A stretch of 64,000 nt of DNA from Patescibacteria group bacterium (GTDB lineage Bacteria > Patescibacteriota > Patescibacteriia > SG8-24 > DYFX01): the NCBI GenBank assembly GCA_038062835.1, contig JBBTWH010000005.1, positions 20,699 to 84,698 of the forward strand. The letters run 5' to 3'. Every line of letters begins with the position of its first letter. The first letter of the stretch is position 1. Position numbers and translations under genes: made by a program. Shown in pieces: positions 9,257 to 17,359 of the stretch. Under the pieces are notes generated by a model that saw nothing but the letters and a program-made list of their open reading frames with translations, ran no database searches and was not told the DNA's origin.

Positions 9257-10417
9257 ATGGAAGGTGTATACTGGGAGCGTATGCCTAAAAATGGTCCCAA
9301 AACTTGGGTCGAGGTTTCGCGTTCGGCGCTTATCGCGAACGCCAAGGCGTTCAAGCGCCGCGTGAAGCCGGGCGTGGCCGTGATGGCCGTCGTGAAATCG
9401 AACGCCTATGGCCACGGCCTCGTCGAGGTCGCCAAGACCGTCCAGCCGCATCTGGACTGGTTCGGCGTCGATAACGTCGATGAAGGGTTAGTACTCAAGA
9501 AGGCCGGCATCAAGAAACCGATCCTCATCCTGGGCTTCACGCCCTCGTGGCGCATGAAGGACGCCGTCCGCGCGGGGCTCCGCATGGTCGTTTCGACCGT
9601 CGAGCAGGTGAAGGCCGCGCGTGCCGCCGCCAAAGGCAAGAAGGCGTATCTCCATGTGAAAGTCGAGACGGGCACCACGCGCCAAGGCACAGGCCTCCGC
9701 GAGCTTCCGGCCGTCGCCCAGGCCATCCGCGTCTCCAAACAGCTCGTATTCGAAGGGCTCTCGACGCACTACGCCAACATCGAGGACGCGACGGAACATT
9801 CGTATGCCGCCGGCCAGCTCGAGGCCTATCAGAACGCGCTCGACATCCTTGACGCGCACGGCATCATGCCGCCCGTGAAGCACACCGCCTGCACGGCGGC
9901 CGCGATGATGTATCCCGACACGCATTTCGACATGGTCCGCGTCGGCATCGGCCTCTACGGCATCTGGCCCTCGCTCGAGACCCGCGTCGAGACGGAAGCC
10001 AAAGGCATCGAGTTCGATCTCAAGCCCGCGCTGGCGTGGAAGACGCTCGTCGCGCAGGTGAAGGACGTGAAACGCGGCACGCCCATCAGCTACGGACTCA
10101 CGGAAAATATGCCGCGCGACGGCAAGATCGCGGTGATCGGTCTTGGCTACTGGGACGGCTTCGACCGCGGACTCTCGTCCGTCGGCGAGGTCTTGGTGCG
10201 CGGCCGCAAGGCGAAAGTCATGGGCCGCGTCTGCATGAACATGTGCATGATCGACGTCAGCGACATCCCTGGCGTGAAGGCCGAGGACGAAGTCATCCTG
10301 ATCGGTGCAAGCGGCAAGCTATCCGTCAGCGCCGACGACATGGCCAAGAAGCTCGGGACCATCGCGTACGAGGTCGTGACGCGCATCAATCCGCTCGCGC
10401 CGCGGGAACTCGTATGA
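9257..10417 (+). CDS. alr: Alanine racemase (PLP-dependent)
   Basis: AVVKSNAYGHG PLP-lysine motif. 386 aa. Upstream of ddl. Confidence 0.9.
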   Translation: MEGVYWERMPKNGPKTWVEVSRSALIANAKAFKRRVKPGVAVMAVVKSNAYGHGLVEVAKTVQPHLDWFGVDNVDEGLVLKKAGIKKPILILGFTPSWRMKDAVRAGLRMVVSTVEQVKAARAAAKGKKAYLHVKVETGTTRQGTGLRELPAVAQAIRVSKQLVFEGLSTHYANIEDATEHSYAAGQLEAYQNALDILDAHGIMPPVKHTACTAAAMMYPDTHFDMVRVGIGLYGIWPSLETRVETEAKGIEFDLKPALAWKTLVAQVKDVKRGTPISYGLTENMPRDGKIAVIGLGYWDGFDRGLSSVGEVLVRGRKAKVMGRVCMNMCMIDVSDIPGVKAEDEVILIGASGKLSVSADDMAKKLGTIAYEVVTRINPLAPRELV

Positions 10418-11385
10418 AGCGCAAGCTCCGCGTCGGCGTCATGTTCGGGGGGCGCTCTTCGGAGCATGAGGTCTCCTTGATGTCGGCCAAGAACGTCATG
10501 GCCGCGATGGACCGCTCGCGTTACGTCATCGTGCCGTTCAAGATCCCCAAGGACGGCAAAGTCGCCTTCGACGGCCTGCGCAAGCTCGACGTCGTCTTTC
10601 CGGTCCTGCACGGCACCTACGGCGAGGACGGCAGCGTCCAGGGCCTGCTCCGCATGCTCGACGTGCCGTTCGTCGGCCCCGACATCACGGGGTCCTCCGT
10701 CGGCATGGATAAGGATGTCGCGAAACGCCTGCTGCGCGACGCTAAAATCCCCGTCGCTGACTTCCTGACGTTCGAGAGAGGGGAGTCCGTCCGTCCGTCC
10801 GCGGTCTGGAAGCGTCTCGGCAAGCCCGTCTTCGTTAAGCCCGCCAACCAAGGTTCATCCGTCGGCGTGCACAAGGCCCGGACCGATGCCGAGCTCAAAA
10901 CCGCCGTGAAGGACGCGTTCCGTTTTGATACCAAGATACTCGTCGAGGAAGCCGTGCCCGGCCGAGAGATCGAAGTCTCCGTCCTGGGCAACGAGACGCC
11001 CGAGGCTTCCGTGCCTGGCGAGGTCATCCCGCACCACGAGTTCTATTCCTATGAAGCCAAGTATCTCGACGAGGACGGGGCGGGTCTCGCCATTCCTGCG
11101 GACATCCCCGCCGCGGCGATGCGGAAAGTCCGCGCGCTGGCCGTCGCCACGTTCAGGACGCTCGGCCTCGAAGGCATGGCGCGCGTGGATTTCTTCATGC
11201 GCAGGAACGGGGGATTCGTCGTCAACGAAGTGAACACCATCCCGGGCTTCACCAGGATCAGCATGTACCCGAAGCTCTGGGCCGCCTCCGGGCTTCCGTA
11301 CCCGAAGCTCATCGACCGCCTGATCGCGCTGGCGCTGGAGCGCCACGCCCGACGTTCGCGCCTCTCCACGAAGCGCGCCGCCTGA
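10414..11385 (+). CDS. ddl: D-alanine--D-alanine ligase
   Basis: ATP-grasp protein MKRKLRVGVMFGGRSSEHEVSL... The ATG overlaps the alr stop (ATGA). The tracked ORF extends upstream to 10036, but the homologous N-terminus begins at 10414. Confidence 0.9.
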   Translation: MKRKLRVGVMFGGRSSEHEVSLMSAKNVMAAMDRSRYVIVPFKIPKDGKVAFDGLRKLDVVFPVLHGTYGEDGSVQGLLRMLDVPFVGPDITGSSVGMDKDVAKRLLRDAKIPVADFLTFERGESVRPSAVWKRLGKPVFVKPANQGSSVGVHKARTDAELKTAVKDAFRFDTKILVEEAVPGREIEVSVLGNETPEASVPGEVIPHHEFYSYEAKYLDEDGAGLAIPADIPAAAMRKVRALAVATFRTLGLEGMARVDFFMRRNGGFVVNEVNTIPGFTRISMYPKLWAASGLPYPKLIDRLIALALERHARRSRLSTKRAA

Positions 11386-11386
11386 T

Positions 11387-12298
11387 ATGGCCTCCTGGCT
11401 CCGGTCAAGACGCGTCCGGCGCGATTATTCGCGCAAGGCATTCAGCAACCCGCTCTTCCGCCCGTCGCGCGAACGCGGCGGCAGCCGATGGCGCGGCCGC
11501 CTGACCGCGCTCGCCGTCGCGGCCGCCCTCGGCGGCTGGCTGTGGTTCATCGGATTTTCGCCGACCTTCCGCATCGACGAGATCGAGATCGCCGGCAACG
11601 AAAGCATTCCAGACTGGGAGGTCCGCGACGCGGTCACGGACGCCTTGAAGGCGCGCCGCTGGCTCATCATGCCGCAGACCAGCCTGCTCTTCGCCTCTGA
11701 AGACGGCATCGCGGCGGCGCTGAACGAGCGCTACGTCCTTGAATCGCTCACGGTCTCCAAGCACCCTCCGAGCAAGCTGAAGATCGAGCTCAGTGAGCGC
11801 GTCTCGGCCATCCTCCTGCAGATGCCCAACGGCCGCCAAGGCCTGGTGGACCTCCAGGGTACCGTGACCCGTCTCTACCGCCCCGAAGAGTCCTTGGAGG
11901 TCACGAAGAAGCTCGGGCCGTCGCTGAAGGAGGTGGGCGCGCCGAAGGTCCGATACCCCGTACTCTTTGACGAACGCGATGAGACGCTGGAACTGCGCGA
12001 AGAAGCGCTCAGCCCGAGCGTCGTACAGGCCGCTATCGATCTTCCCAAGCTCTTCGAGGAACGCTTCGGCCGCGCGCCGTACTTCGAGGAGGCGCGCATC
12101 GACGGCAAGGACGCGCTGACCATCCGCCTGCGTACCTCCGAGGGCTGGTCCATCTATCTCGACGCCTCCCAAGACCTCGGGGGACAGCTGATGAACGCCG
12201 AAGTCGTCCTCAAGACGAAAGTCGGCGCACAGCGCAAGTCCTTGGACTACATCGACGTGCGCTTCGGTGAAAAGGTCTTCTTCAAACTCCGCGGCTGA
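11387..12298 (+). CDS. ftsQ: Cell division protein FtsQ/DivIB-like (POTRA domain)
   Basis: Single N-terminal TM then a POTRA-like region (FRIDEIEIAGNESIP...). Immediately after ddl as in dcw clusters. Confidence 0.7.
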   Translation: MASWLRSRRVRRDYSRKAFSNPLFRPSRERGGSRWRGRLTALAVAAALGGWLWFIGFSPTFRIDEIEIAGNESIPDWEVRDAVTDALKARRWLIMPQTSLLFASEDGIAAALNERYVLESLTVSKHPPSKLKIELSERVSAILLQMPNGRQGLVDLQGTVTRLYRPEESLEVTKKLGPSLKEVGAPKVRYPVLFDERDETLELREEALSPSVVQAAIDLPKLFEERFGRAPYFEEARIDGKDALTIRLRTSEGWSIYLDASQDLGGQLMNAEVVLKTKVGAQRKSLDYIDVRFGEKVFFKLRG

Positions 12299-12330
12299 TC
12301 CGTCCAGTCCACACAATGTACGACACTCAT

Positions 12331-12360
12331 GGTCCGGATCGTCCGGACCTTTCCGTTTTC
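12331..12360 (+). terminator. Rho-independent terminator-like hairpin after the ftsQ-like gene
   Basis: ggtccgga-tcg-tccggacc, an 8-bp stem, followed by tttccgttttcc. Confidence 0.45.
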
Positions 12361-12368
12361 CCGCCCAA

Positions 12369-12484
12369 GGCCCAGGTCCGCCATGACGAAGCGAGGACTG
12401 TCTGAGGCAGGCGAGCGCGTAATGATGCGCGAGCCGGTGCCGTAGGCAGCCGAGTTCCGCAGCGAGGAATGGCGGGCCTGGGCC
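12369..12484 (+). repeat. Intergenic repeat element, family B copy 1
   Basis: Core CGAGGACTGTCTGAGGCAGGCGAGCGCG..TGATGCGCGAGCCGGT...AGCCGAGTTCCGCAGCGAGG is shared with 17229-17359. It is flanked by a copy-specific inverted repeat ggcccaggtccgccat / atggcgggcctgggcc. Confidence 0.5.
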
Positions 12485-12673
12485 GCCCTCTATTGTGTCG
12501 CATAAGATACATTGTCAGACACATCTTAAGGCGAAATCCCTGACCTGCTCATACTCCCCTCCGGCTTGTTCGATTGGGCATTCCGATGTAGGATGGCGTG
12601 TCAGCGCGCGACGGACGGCGCATGCGTCGTCGAAAATGCCGCTGATGAAGAACCTTGAACGGAAGGATTTTGA

Positions 12674-13276
12674 ATGTCGGAATACGATGATGGCACTCCC
12701 CGACCGCCGAAGCGGTTCGAAGAGCGCGTGAACGGGGAGACGGCCAGTCGCACGGCCGCCCACGAGGCAGGGCACATCCTGACGGCTTGGCTCTCGTGGG
12801 CCGTGGCTTCCGTCGACGGCACGGTCTTCATCACGGGCGACGACGATACGAGGGTCGAGGTCAAAATGACCTACCGCCGTCCCTACCAGCCGATCCAGCT
12901 CTGGGAAGCTCTCGTGATCTCGAGCGCAGGCATGGCCGGAGAAGTCGTGACTCATCATGCCTTCAAGACCAGGAACGCCCGCGTCGACATCCAGAACATG
13001 CGTACGCAGATCGAACAGCTTACGAGGTGGTTCGGCACCGCGCTCAAGCCGCCTTGGCCGGAACCGACCGCACGCGACGCTCCGCCGTTCGAGACGTACT
13101 TCAAAGACAACCTGCCGGACGGATGGGGCGGGCTCATGCGTTCCGTCTATCGCCGCGCCAGGGACATCATCCTGTCCAATCGAGGGGCTTTCGAACGCCT
13201 GCGCACCGCCATGCTCGTGAAGATCGAGCTGACGACTGCCGAGATCGAAGCCGCTCTCCGGATGCCGAAGGCCTGA
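12674..13276 (+). CDS. Standalone FtsH-type zinc metallopeptidase (peptidase M41) domain protein, no AAA+ or TM domains
   Basis: Matches the FtsH protease domain along its whole length: AAHEAGHILTAWL (HEXXH zinc site, compare FtsH VAYHEAGHALVGWL), SAGMAGE (compare LYGGRLAEE), ARVDIQNMRTQIEQLTRWFG (compare [20 protein letters not shown]), and a C-terminal helical region like the FtsH C-terminus. SD GGAAGGA sits 6 nt upstream. Confidence 0.7.
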   Translation: MSEYDDGTPRPPKRFEERVNGETASRTAAHEAGHILTAWLSWAVASVDGTVFITGDDDTRVEVKMTYRRPYQPIQLWEALVISSAGMAGEVVTHHAFKTRNARVDIQNMRTQIEQLTRWFGTALKPPWPEPTARDAPPFETYFKDNLPDGWGGLMRSVYRRARDIILSNRGAFERLRTAMLVKIELTTAEIEAALRMPKA

Positions 13277-13277
13277 C

Positions 13278-13823
13278 ATGCTCATCGATGACTTCGCGAA
13301 CGTCGTCGTGGTGATCGCCCACGAGGCCGGCCACGCGGTGACGGCCTGGGCCTCGCCCATGATCTCGCCTCCGATGGCCATCCGCTTCTTCCCCCTCTAC
13401 GGAGGGGCCGAATGCGAAGTCGTATCCCTGCCTGAACCGAACTCAACGACCGACTGTCTCGAGTTCGCCAGCCTGTTCCTCGGCGGCATCGCCGGCGAGA
13501 CCGCGGTCTTCGGCGGCTTCAACCGGCTGGCCGGTAATGACCTGTCCCTCGCTCTCGCGATGGCCGTCTGGGTGCGGAAGCTGCGCGGCGCGCCGAAGCG
13601 CCGCGCTCGACGCACGTACTTCCTCTCAAAGATCCATCCTTCCATCAGCCGCGAACTGCACGGATTCCTCGACCAATCCTACGACCTGGCCGTCAGCCGC
13701 GTCACGGCCCATAAGGCCGCCCATGACGAACTGAGGAACCTGCTCGCGCGCGGGTACGCCTCAGGAAAGATCGAATGGAAGGAGGCGGAACTCGCCGCCT
13801 GCCTCGGACCGAAACCTCCATGA
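13278..13823 (+). CDS. Second standalone FtsH-type (M41) metallopeptidase domain paralog
   Basis: IAHEAGHAVTAW HEXXH, LFLGGIAGETAVFG, GNDLSLALAMAVWVRKLRG. Same domain order as the upstream ORF. Starts 1 nt after the upstream stop. Confidence 0.65.
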   Translation: MLIDDFANVVVVIAHEAGHAVTAWASPMISPPMAIRFFPLYGGAECEVVSLPEPNSTTDCLEFASLFLGGIAGETAVFGGFNRLAGNDLSLALAMAVWVRKLRGAPKRRARRTYFLSKIHPSISRELHGFLDQSYDLAVSRVTAHKAAHDELRNLLARGYASGKIEWKEAELAACLGPKPP

Positions 13824-13848
13824 ATCCCCTCCTCGCGGGGATTTTTTC
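13824..13848 (+). terminator. Rho-independent terminator after the M41 pair
   Basis: atcccc-tcctcgc-ggggat followed by tttttt. A second hairpin ccgcct..aggcgg with an A-run on the plus strand reads as a terminator for the convergent minus-strand gene. Confidence 0.6.
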
Positions 13849-13964
13849 GCACGCACGAAAAAAACCGCCTACCAGGAGGCGGCTCCTCGGACGTAGTCCG
13901 AGACGATGCCAGCGCGGCGACGCAAGGGGCACTGATGGAACACCGCGTGAAAAAGGTCAAGGTC

Positions 13965-14342
13965 TCAGCGAAGGACAAGGGCCGTCAGGATGGCCAACAG
14001 GGCGAGCGTGAAGATCAGCTGCGGGTGGCGGTGCGGGTTCTGCAGCGTGTCCTTCACCCGGCGGGACGGCAGGAGTTGGTCGTACCGCTTCCGGCAGGCG
14101 CTGCACTTCAGGCGCCTCCCATAGCCGGCCTCGTGCGCGACGGTGAATCCTCCGTTCGGACGGATCTTGCACGGCGGACACCAGATGAGATACGTCGGAA
14201 TGGCGCCGGTCCAATCAGGACGCTGTAGGTTCCCCAGGAAAATGGGGCGCCCACGCGGAGCGGCCCGGGCTTCGGCACCATGCGCCGCGATGAACTCTTC
14301 GTCGGTCCAAAGATCTCGGGGTTTCTGGACTTCTATCGTCAT
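13965..14342 (-). CDS. Tail-anchored zinc-ribbon membrane protein (CPPC...CSAC), unknown function
   Basis: Good SD (GGAGG, 6 nt, ATG). Two CxxC pairs 19 residues apart. C-terminal hydrophobic helix LIFTLALLAILTALVL. Convergent with the M41 pair. Confidence 0.55.
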   Translation of the reverse strand: MTIEVQKPRDLWTDEEFIAAHGAEARAAPRGRPIFLGNLQRPDWTGAIPTYLIWCPPCKIRPNGGFTVAHEAGYGRRLKCSACRKRYDQLLPSRRVKDTLQNPHRHPQLIFTLALLAILTALVLR

Positions 14343-14348
14343 CGATGG

Positions 14349-14385
14349 CCTCCGTCCGGACTATCGCAAAAGCCCGCGCTTCTAG
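14349..14385 (-). terminator. Terminator hairpin for the M23 peptidase gene
   Basis: gcccgcgc...gcgcgggc, an 8-bp stem, followed on the minus strand by ttttgcg. Confidence 0.5.
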
Positions 14386-14399
14386 CAAGAGCGCGGGCC

Positions 14400-15689
14400 T
14401 TACAACGACAAGTAATTGAGAGGGTTGACCGGAATGCCGCCGACGCGGAATTCCAGGTGAAGGTGGGCGCCGGTCGTCAGATTGCCGGCGCCGGGCGTGC
14501 CCGGAGCGCCGCCGGAGTAAGCTATGACGTCGCCTTTCTCGACGTAGGTATCCTCCGCTACGACGATACGCGAGACATGGCCGTAAACCGTCGAGATGTC
14601 ACCGTCGTGGATCAGCATGACGTAGCTGTAGCCCATGCCGGCGTTCTTGGCGCGGGCGACGTAGCCGCCCTTAGGCGCGCGGATGGCGGTCCCCTGCGCG
14701 GCCCGAACGTCGATGGCGGGGTGCTCGAAGACGTGGCGGAACGGGTAGTCGGGGTCGTGGAAATACGCGGTGATGCCACGCGACGGATCGACCGGCCAGC
14801 CCCAGCCGCCGCTGCCGCCGGAGAGCTTCCGCAAGCGATCTTCGTCGAGCGTCTTGCGGAGCCGCCGCTCCGTCGCCGCGATGTCGGCGTTGATGTTCTG
14901 GACCTCCTTCTGCAGTTGCGCCAGTTCGTAGCGGTAGCGCGTCTCCGAAGAACGGATCTGATCGGAAAGCACGGTTTGGGCGACCTTCTGCTCGCCGAGC
15001 TGGGACTTCGCGGCGTCGAGCTGTTTCCCGATTTCCTCGAGGTGCGACTTCTTGAGCGCCTCTTCGCGCTCGCGCTTCTCCAGGTCGGCCTTGAGCGCGG
15101 CGACCGTATCGAGCGCCTTCTTCAGCTCGCGCTGTGAATCCTCCAAGAACTGCACGTCGTTGAAGAAATCGGAAAGCGTCTTCTGCGTGAGGAAGAGGTC
15201 GATGGCCGTGCGCTGATCCGTCTTGTGCAAGGCGCGGATGAATTCGCCGATGAGGCCGCGCTGGCGCATCATCTTGAGCGACTTCTCCTGGATCTTGGAG
15301 GTGAGTTCGCTGATCTCGAGTCCGGTCGCTTCGATCTCCAGCTCGTTGGCGGATATGTCGAGTTCCGTCTTGGCGATGCGGTTCTGGACGATGGCCAGCT
15401 CGTTCTGCACGCTGACCGCTTCCTTGCGCTTCGTCTCGATGGCGCGCTGGTATGCCTCCATCTGCGCCTTGATCTGCGTGATCTCGCCCTTCTTCTTGCC
15501 GATCTGGTCGTTGAGCTGGTCGATGACTTTCTTCAGGTCGTCCGAGTCTTCGAGCTCGGCCGCATCGGCCGACGACTCCGCTCCCTGCGCGACCGCGAAA
15601 GGAGGCATCGCCGCCGAGAACGCGAAAACCGCCGCCAGCACGGCGGCCAGCGCCGGTTCGAATATCCTCCTTTTGGCGCGTTCAGGCAT
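14400..15689 (-). CDS. M23-family peptidoglycan DD-metalloendopeptidase with long N-terminal coiled coil (EnvC-like)
   Basis: Signal peptide, about 250 aa coiled coil, C-terminal M23 LytM domain (...HDGDISTVYGHVSRI..., ...GAHLHLEF...). Confidence 0.85.
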   Translation of the reverse strand: MPERAKRRIFEPALAAVLAAVFAFSAAMPPFAVAQGAESSADAAELEDSDDLKKVIDQLNDQIGKKKGEITQIKAQMEAYQRAIETKRKEAVSVQNELAIVQNRIAKTELDISANELEIEATGLEISELTSKIQEKSLKMMRQRGLIGEFIRALHKTDQRTAIDLFLTQKTLSDFFNDVQFLEDSQRELKKALDTVAALKADLEKREREEALKKSHLEEIGKQLDAAKSQLGEQKVAQTVLSDQIRSSETRYRYELAQLQKEVQNINADIAATERRLRKTLDEDRLRKLSGGSGGWGWPVDPSRGITAYFHDPDYPFRHVFEHPAIDVRAAQGTAIRAPKGGYVARAKNAGMGYSYVMLIHDGDISTVYGHVSRIVVAEDTYVEKGDVIAYSGGAPGTPGAGNLTTGAHLHLEFRVGGIPVNPLNYLSL

Positions 15690-17211
15690 TCAGTCGGTTC
15701 TTCGCCGCTTCAAGGCGGCGTATCACCTTCATTTTACCCAAAACGGACATGATTTCAAAGGGGCCAGGAGATTTCTCGCGCCCTGAGAGGGCGACGCGGA
15801 GCGGCCAGAGGGTGTCGCCATTGCCCCAGCCGTTGCCTGTGATGAGCGATTTGACGCGCTCCTCGGCGTCTTTCGGCGTGAAATCCGCCTCGTCCATCGC
15901 GCCGACGACCTCGAGCAGCGCATCGAGACGAGCCAGGGCTTCGCCGATGGGCTGGCCCTTCCAGCGCAGGCTTTCGGCCGGATATTCCAGGACGTCTTCC
16001 AGCAGGAAGGAAACCGCTTCCGGAAGCTCCGCGAGCGTCTTCACGCGCTCGCGCTCGAGCGAGACGATCCTGCCGATGTCTTCGATGGTCAGTTTCTCCC
16101 CTCCCCGAGCGACGCGCCAACCGTCGGATTCCTTGGTGACGAGTCCGGCGCGCTCAAGGAACGGCGCGGCGCGTTCGGCCAGGCGCTCGATCGGCATCAT
16201 CCTGAGATACTTGCCGTTCAGCCAATCGAGCTTCTCGCGGTTGAAGACGGCTCCGGCGGAGTTGATGTCTTTCAGCTCGAAAGCGTCGATAAGCTCACGC
16301 AGTTCGTAGATCTCCTTCTCGTCGGACGGGTTCCAGCCGAGCAGGGCGACGAAATTGATCAGCGCTTCCGGCAGGTATCCGTTCGCGAGATAGTCTTCTA
16401 CGGCGACGTCGCCCTGGCGCTTCGAAAGCTTGGAGCGGTCGGGGTTCAGGAGCAGAGGCATGTGCGCGAACTGCGGCGGCGTCCAGCCGAACGCCTTATA
16501 GAGCAGGAGGTGCTTCGGAGTGGAAGAAAGCCACTCTTCTCCGCGGATGACGTGCGTCGTCTCCATCATGTGATCGTCGATGACGTTCGCGAGATGGTAC
16601 GTCGGATAACCGTCGCCCTTGAGGAGCACGTAGTCGTCGAGCAGGTCATGGCGGAACTTCACCGGCCCGCGCACGGCGTCGTGGAACTCCGTCTCTCCTT
16701 CATCCGGCATCTTGGCGCGGACGACATGGCGCTCGCCGGAGATGATGCGCGACCTCGTCTCATCCGCGGAAAGCGTCCGGCAGCGGCGGTCGTAGCCGGT
16801 CGGCTTCTTCATGGCCTCCTGCTCGGTTCGAAGCGCGTCCAAGCGCTCCGGCGTGCAGAAGCACGGATACGCGTCGCCGTTCTCCAGCAGCTGCTCGATC
16901 CTGGCGCGGTAGATTTCGAGACGCTCGGACTGCACGTACGGGCCCATGGAGCCGCGCTGGACCACGCTGCCGTCCTCGTTCAGGAACGGTCCTTCCTCGT
17001 AGGAGATGCCCATCGAGGCCAGGGTTCGGAGGATGTTCTCGACGCCGTTATCGACCAGGCGGGAGCGATCGGTATCCTCGATGCGTACGAAAAACACGCC
17101 CCCGTGCTTACGAGCGAAGAGGTAGTTATAGAGAGCCGAACGGAAGTTGCCGATGTGCATCCTCCCTGTCGGGCTGGGGGCGAATCGTACGCGTACGCTG
17201 TCCATATCCAC
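15682..17211 (-). CDS. gltX: Glutamyl-tRNA synthetase
   Basis: N-terminus RFAPSPTGRMHIGNFRSALYNYLFAR (HIGH region). KLSKR KMSKS-type motif present. 509 aa. Confidence 0.95.
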   Translation of the reverse strand: MDMDSVRVRFAPSPTGRMHIGNFRSALYNYLFARKHGGVFFVRIEDTDRSRLVDNGVENILRTLASMGISYEEGPFLNEDGSVVQRGSMGPYVQSERLEIYRARIEQLLENGDAYPCFCTPERLDALRTEQEAMKKPTGYDRRCRTLSADETRSRIISGERHVVRAKMPDEGETEFHDAVRGPVKFRHDLLDDYVLLKGDGYPTYHLANVIDDHMMETTHVIRGEEWLSSTPKHLLLYKAFGWTPPQFAHMPLLLNPDRSKLSKRQGDVAVEDYLANGYLPEALINFVALLGWNPSDEKEIYELRELIDAFELKDINSAGAVFNREKLDWLNGKYLRMMPIERLAERAAPFLERAGLVTKESDGWRVARGGEKLTIEDIGRIVSLERERVKTLAELPEAVSFLLEDVLEYPAESLRWKGQPIGEALARLDALLEVVGAMDEADFTPKDAEERVKSLITGNGWGNGDTLWPLRVALSGREKSPGPFEIMSVLGKMKVIRRLEAAKNRLNA

Positions 17212-17228
17212 TCCACTCTTTATAGCGT

Positions 17229-17359
17229 AAATAGGTCCGAGGATTTCGCGAAACGAGGACTATCTGAGGCAGGCGAGCGCGCGCTGATGCGCGAGCCGGT
17301 TCCCCGGCGAAGGCCGGGGAAGCCGAGTTCCGCAGTGAGCGAAAGACTCGGACCTATTT
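17229..17359 (+). repeat. Intergenic repeat element, family B copy 2 (between tagA and gltX)
   Basis: Same conserved core as 12369-12484. It has an extra internal hairpin ccccggcgaaggccgggg and its own 13-bp flanking inverted repeat aaataggtccgag / ctcggacctattt. Confidence 0.5.

Noticed and set aside
10036-10413. Upstream extension of the ddl ORF from 10036.
   Set aside because: That frame overlaps alr for 380 nt and translates to Arg-rich junk. The homologous Ddl N-terminus (MKRKLRVGVMFGG) starts at 10414 with ATGA overlap onto the alr stop.
14062-14110. AHEAG pentapeptide in the zinc-ribbon protein (TVAHEAGYGRR), echoing the HEAGH zinc sites of the two neighbouring M41 peptidase-domain genes.
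   Set aside because: Only five residues match and the second His of HEXXH is missing. In GC-rich codon usage H-E-A-G is encoded by the same 12 nt, so chance identity is plausible. I do not call this protein a peptidase.
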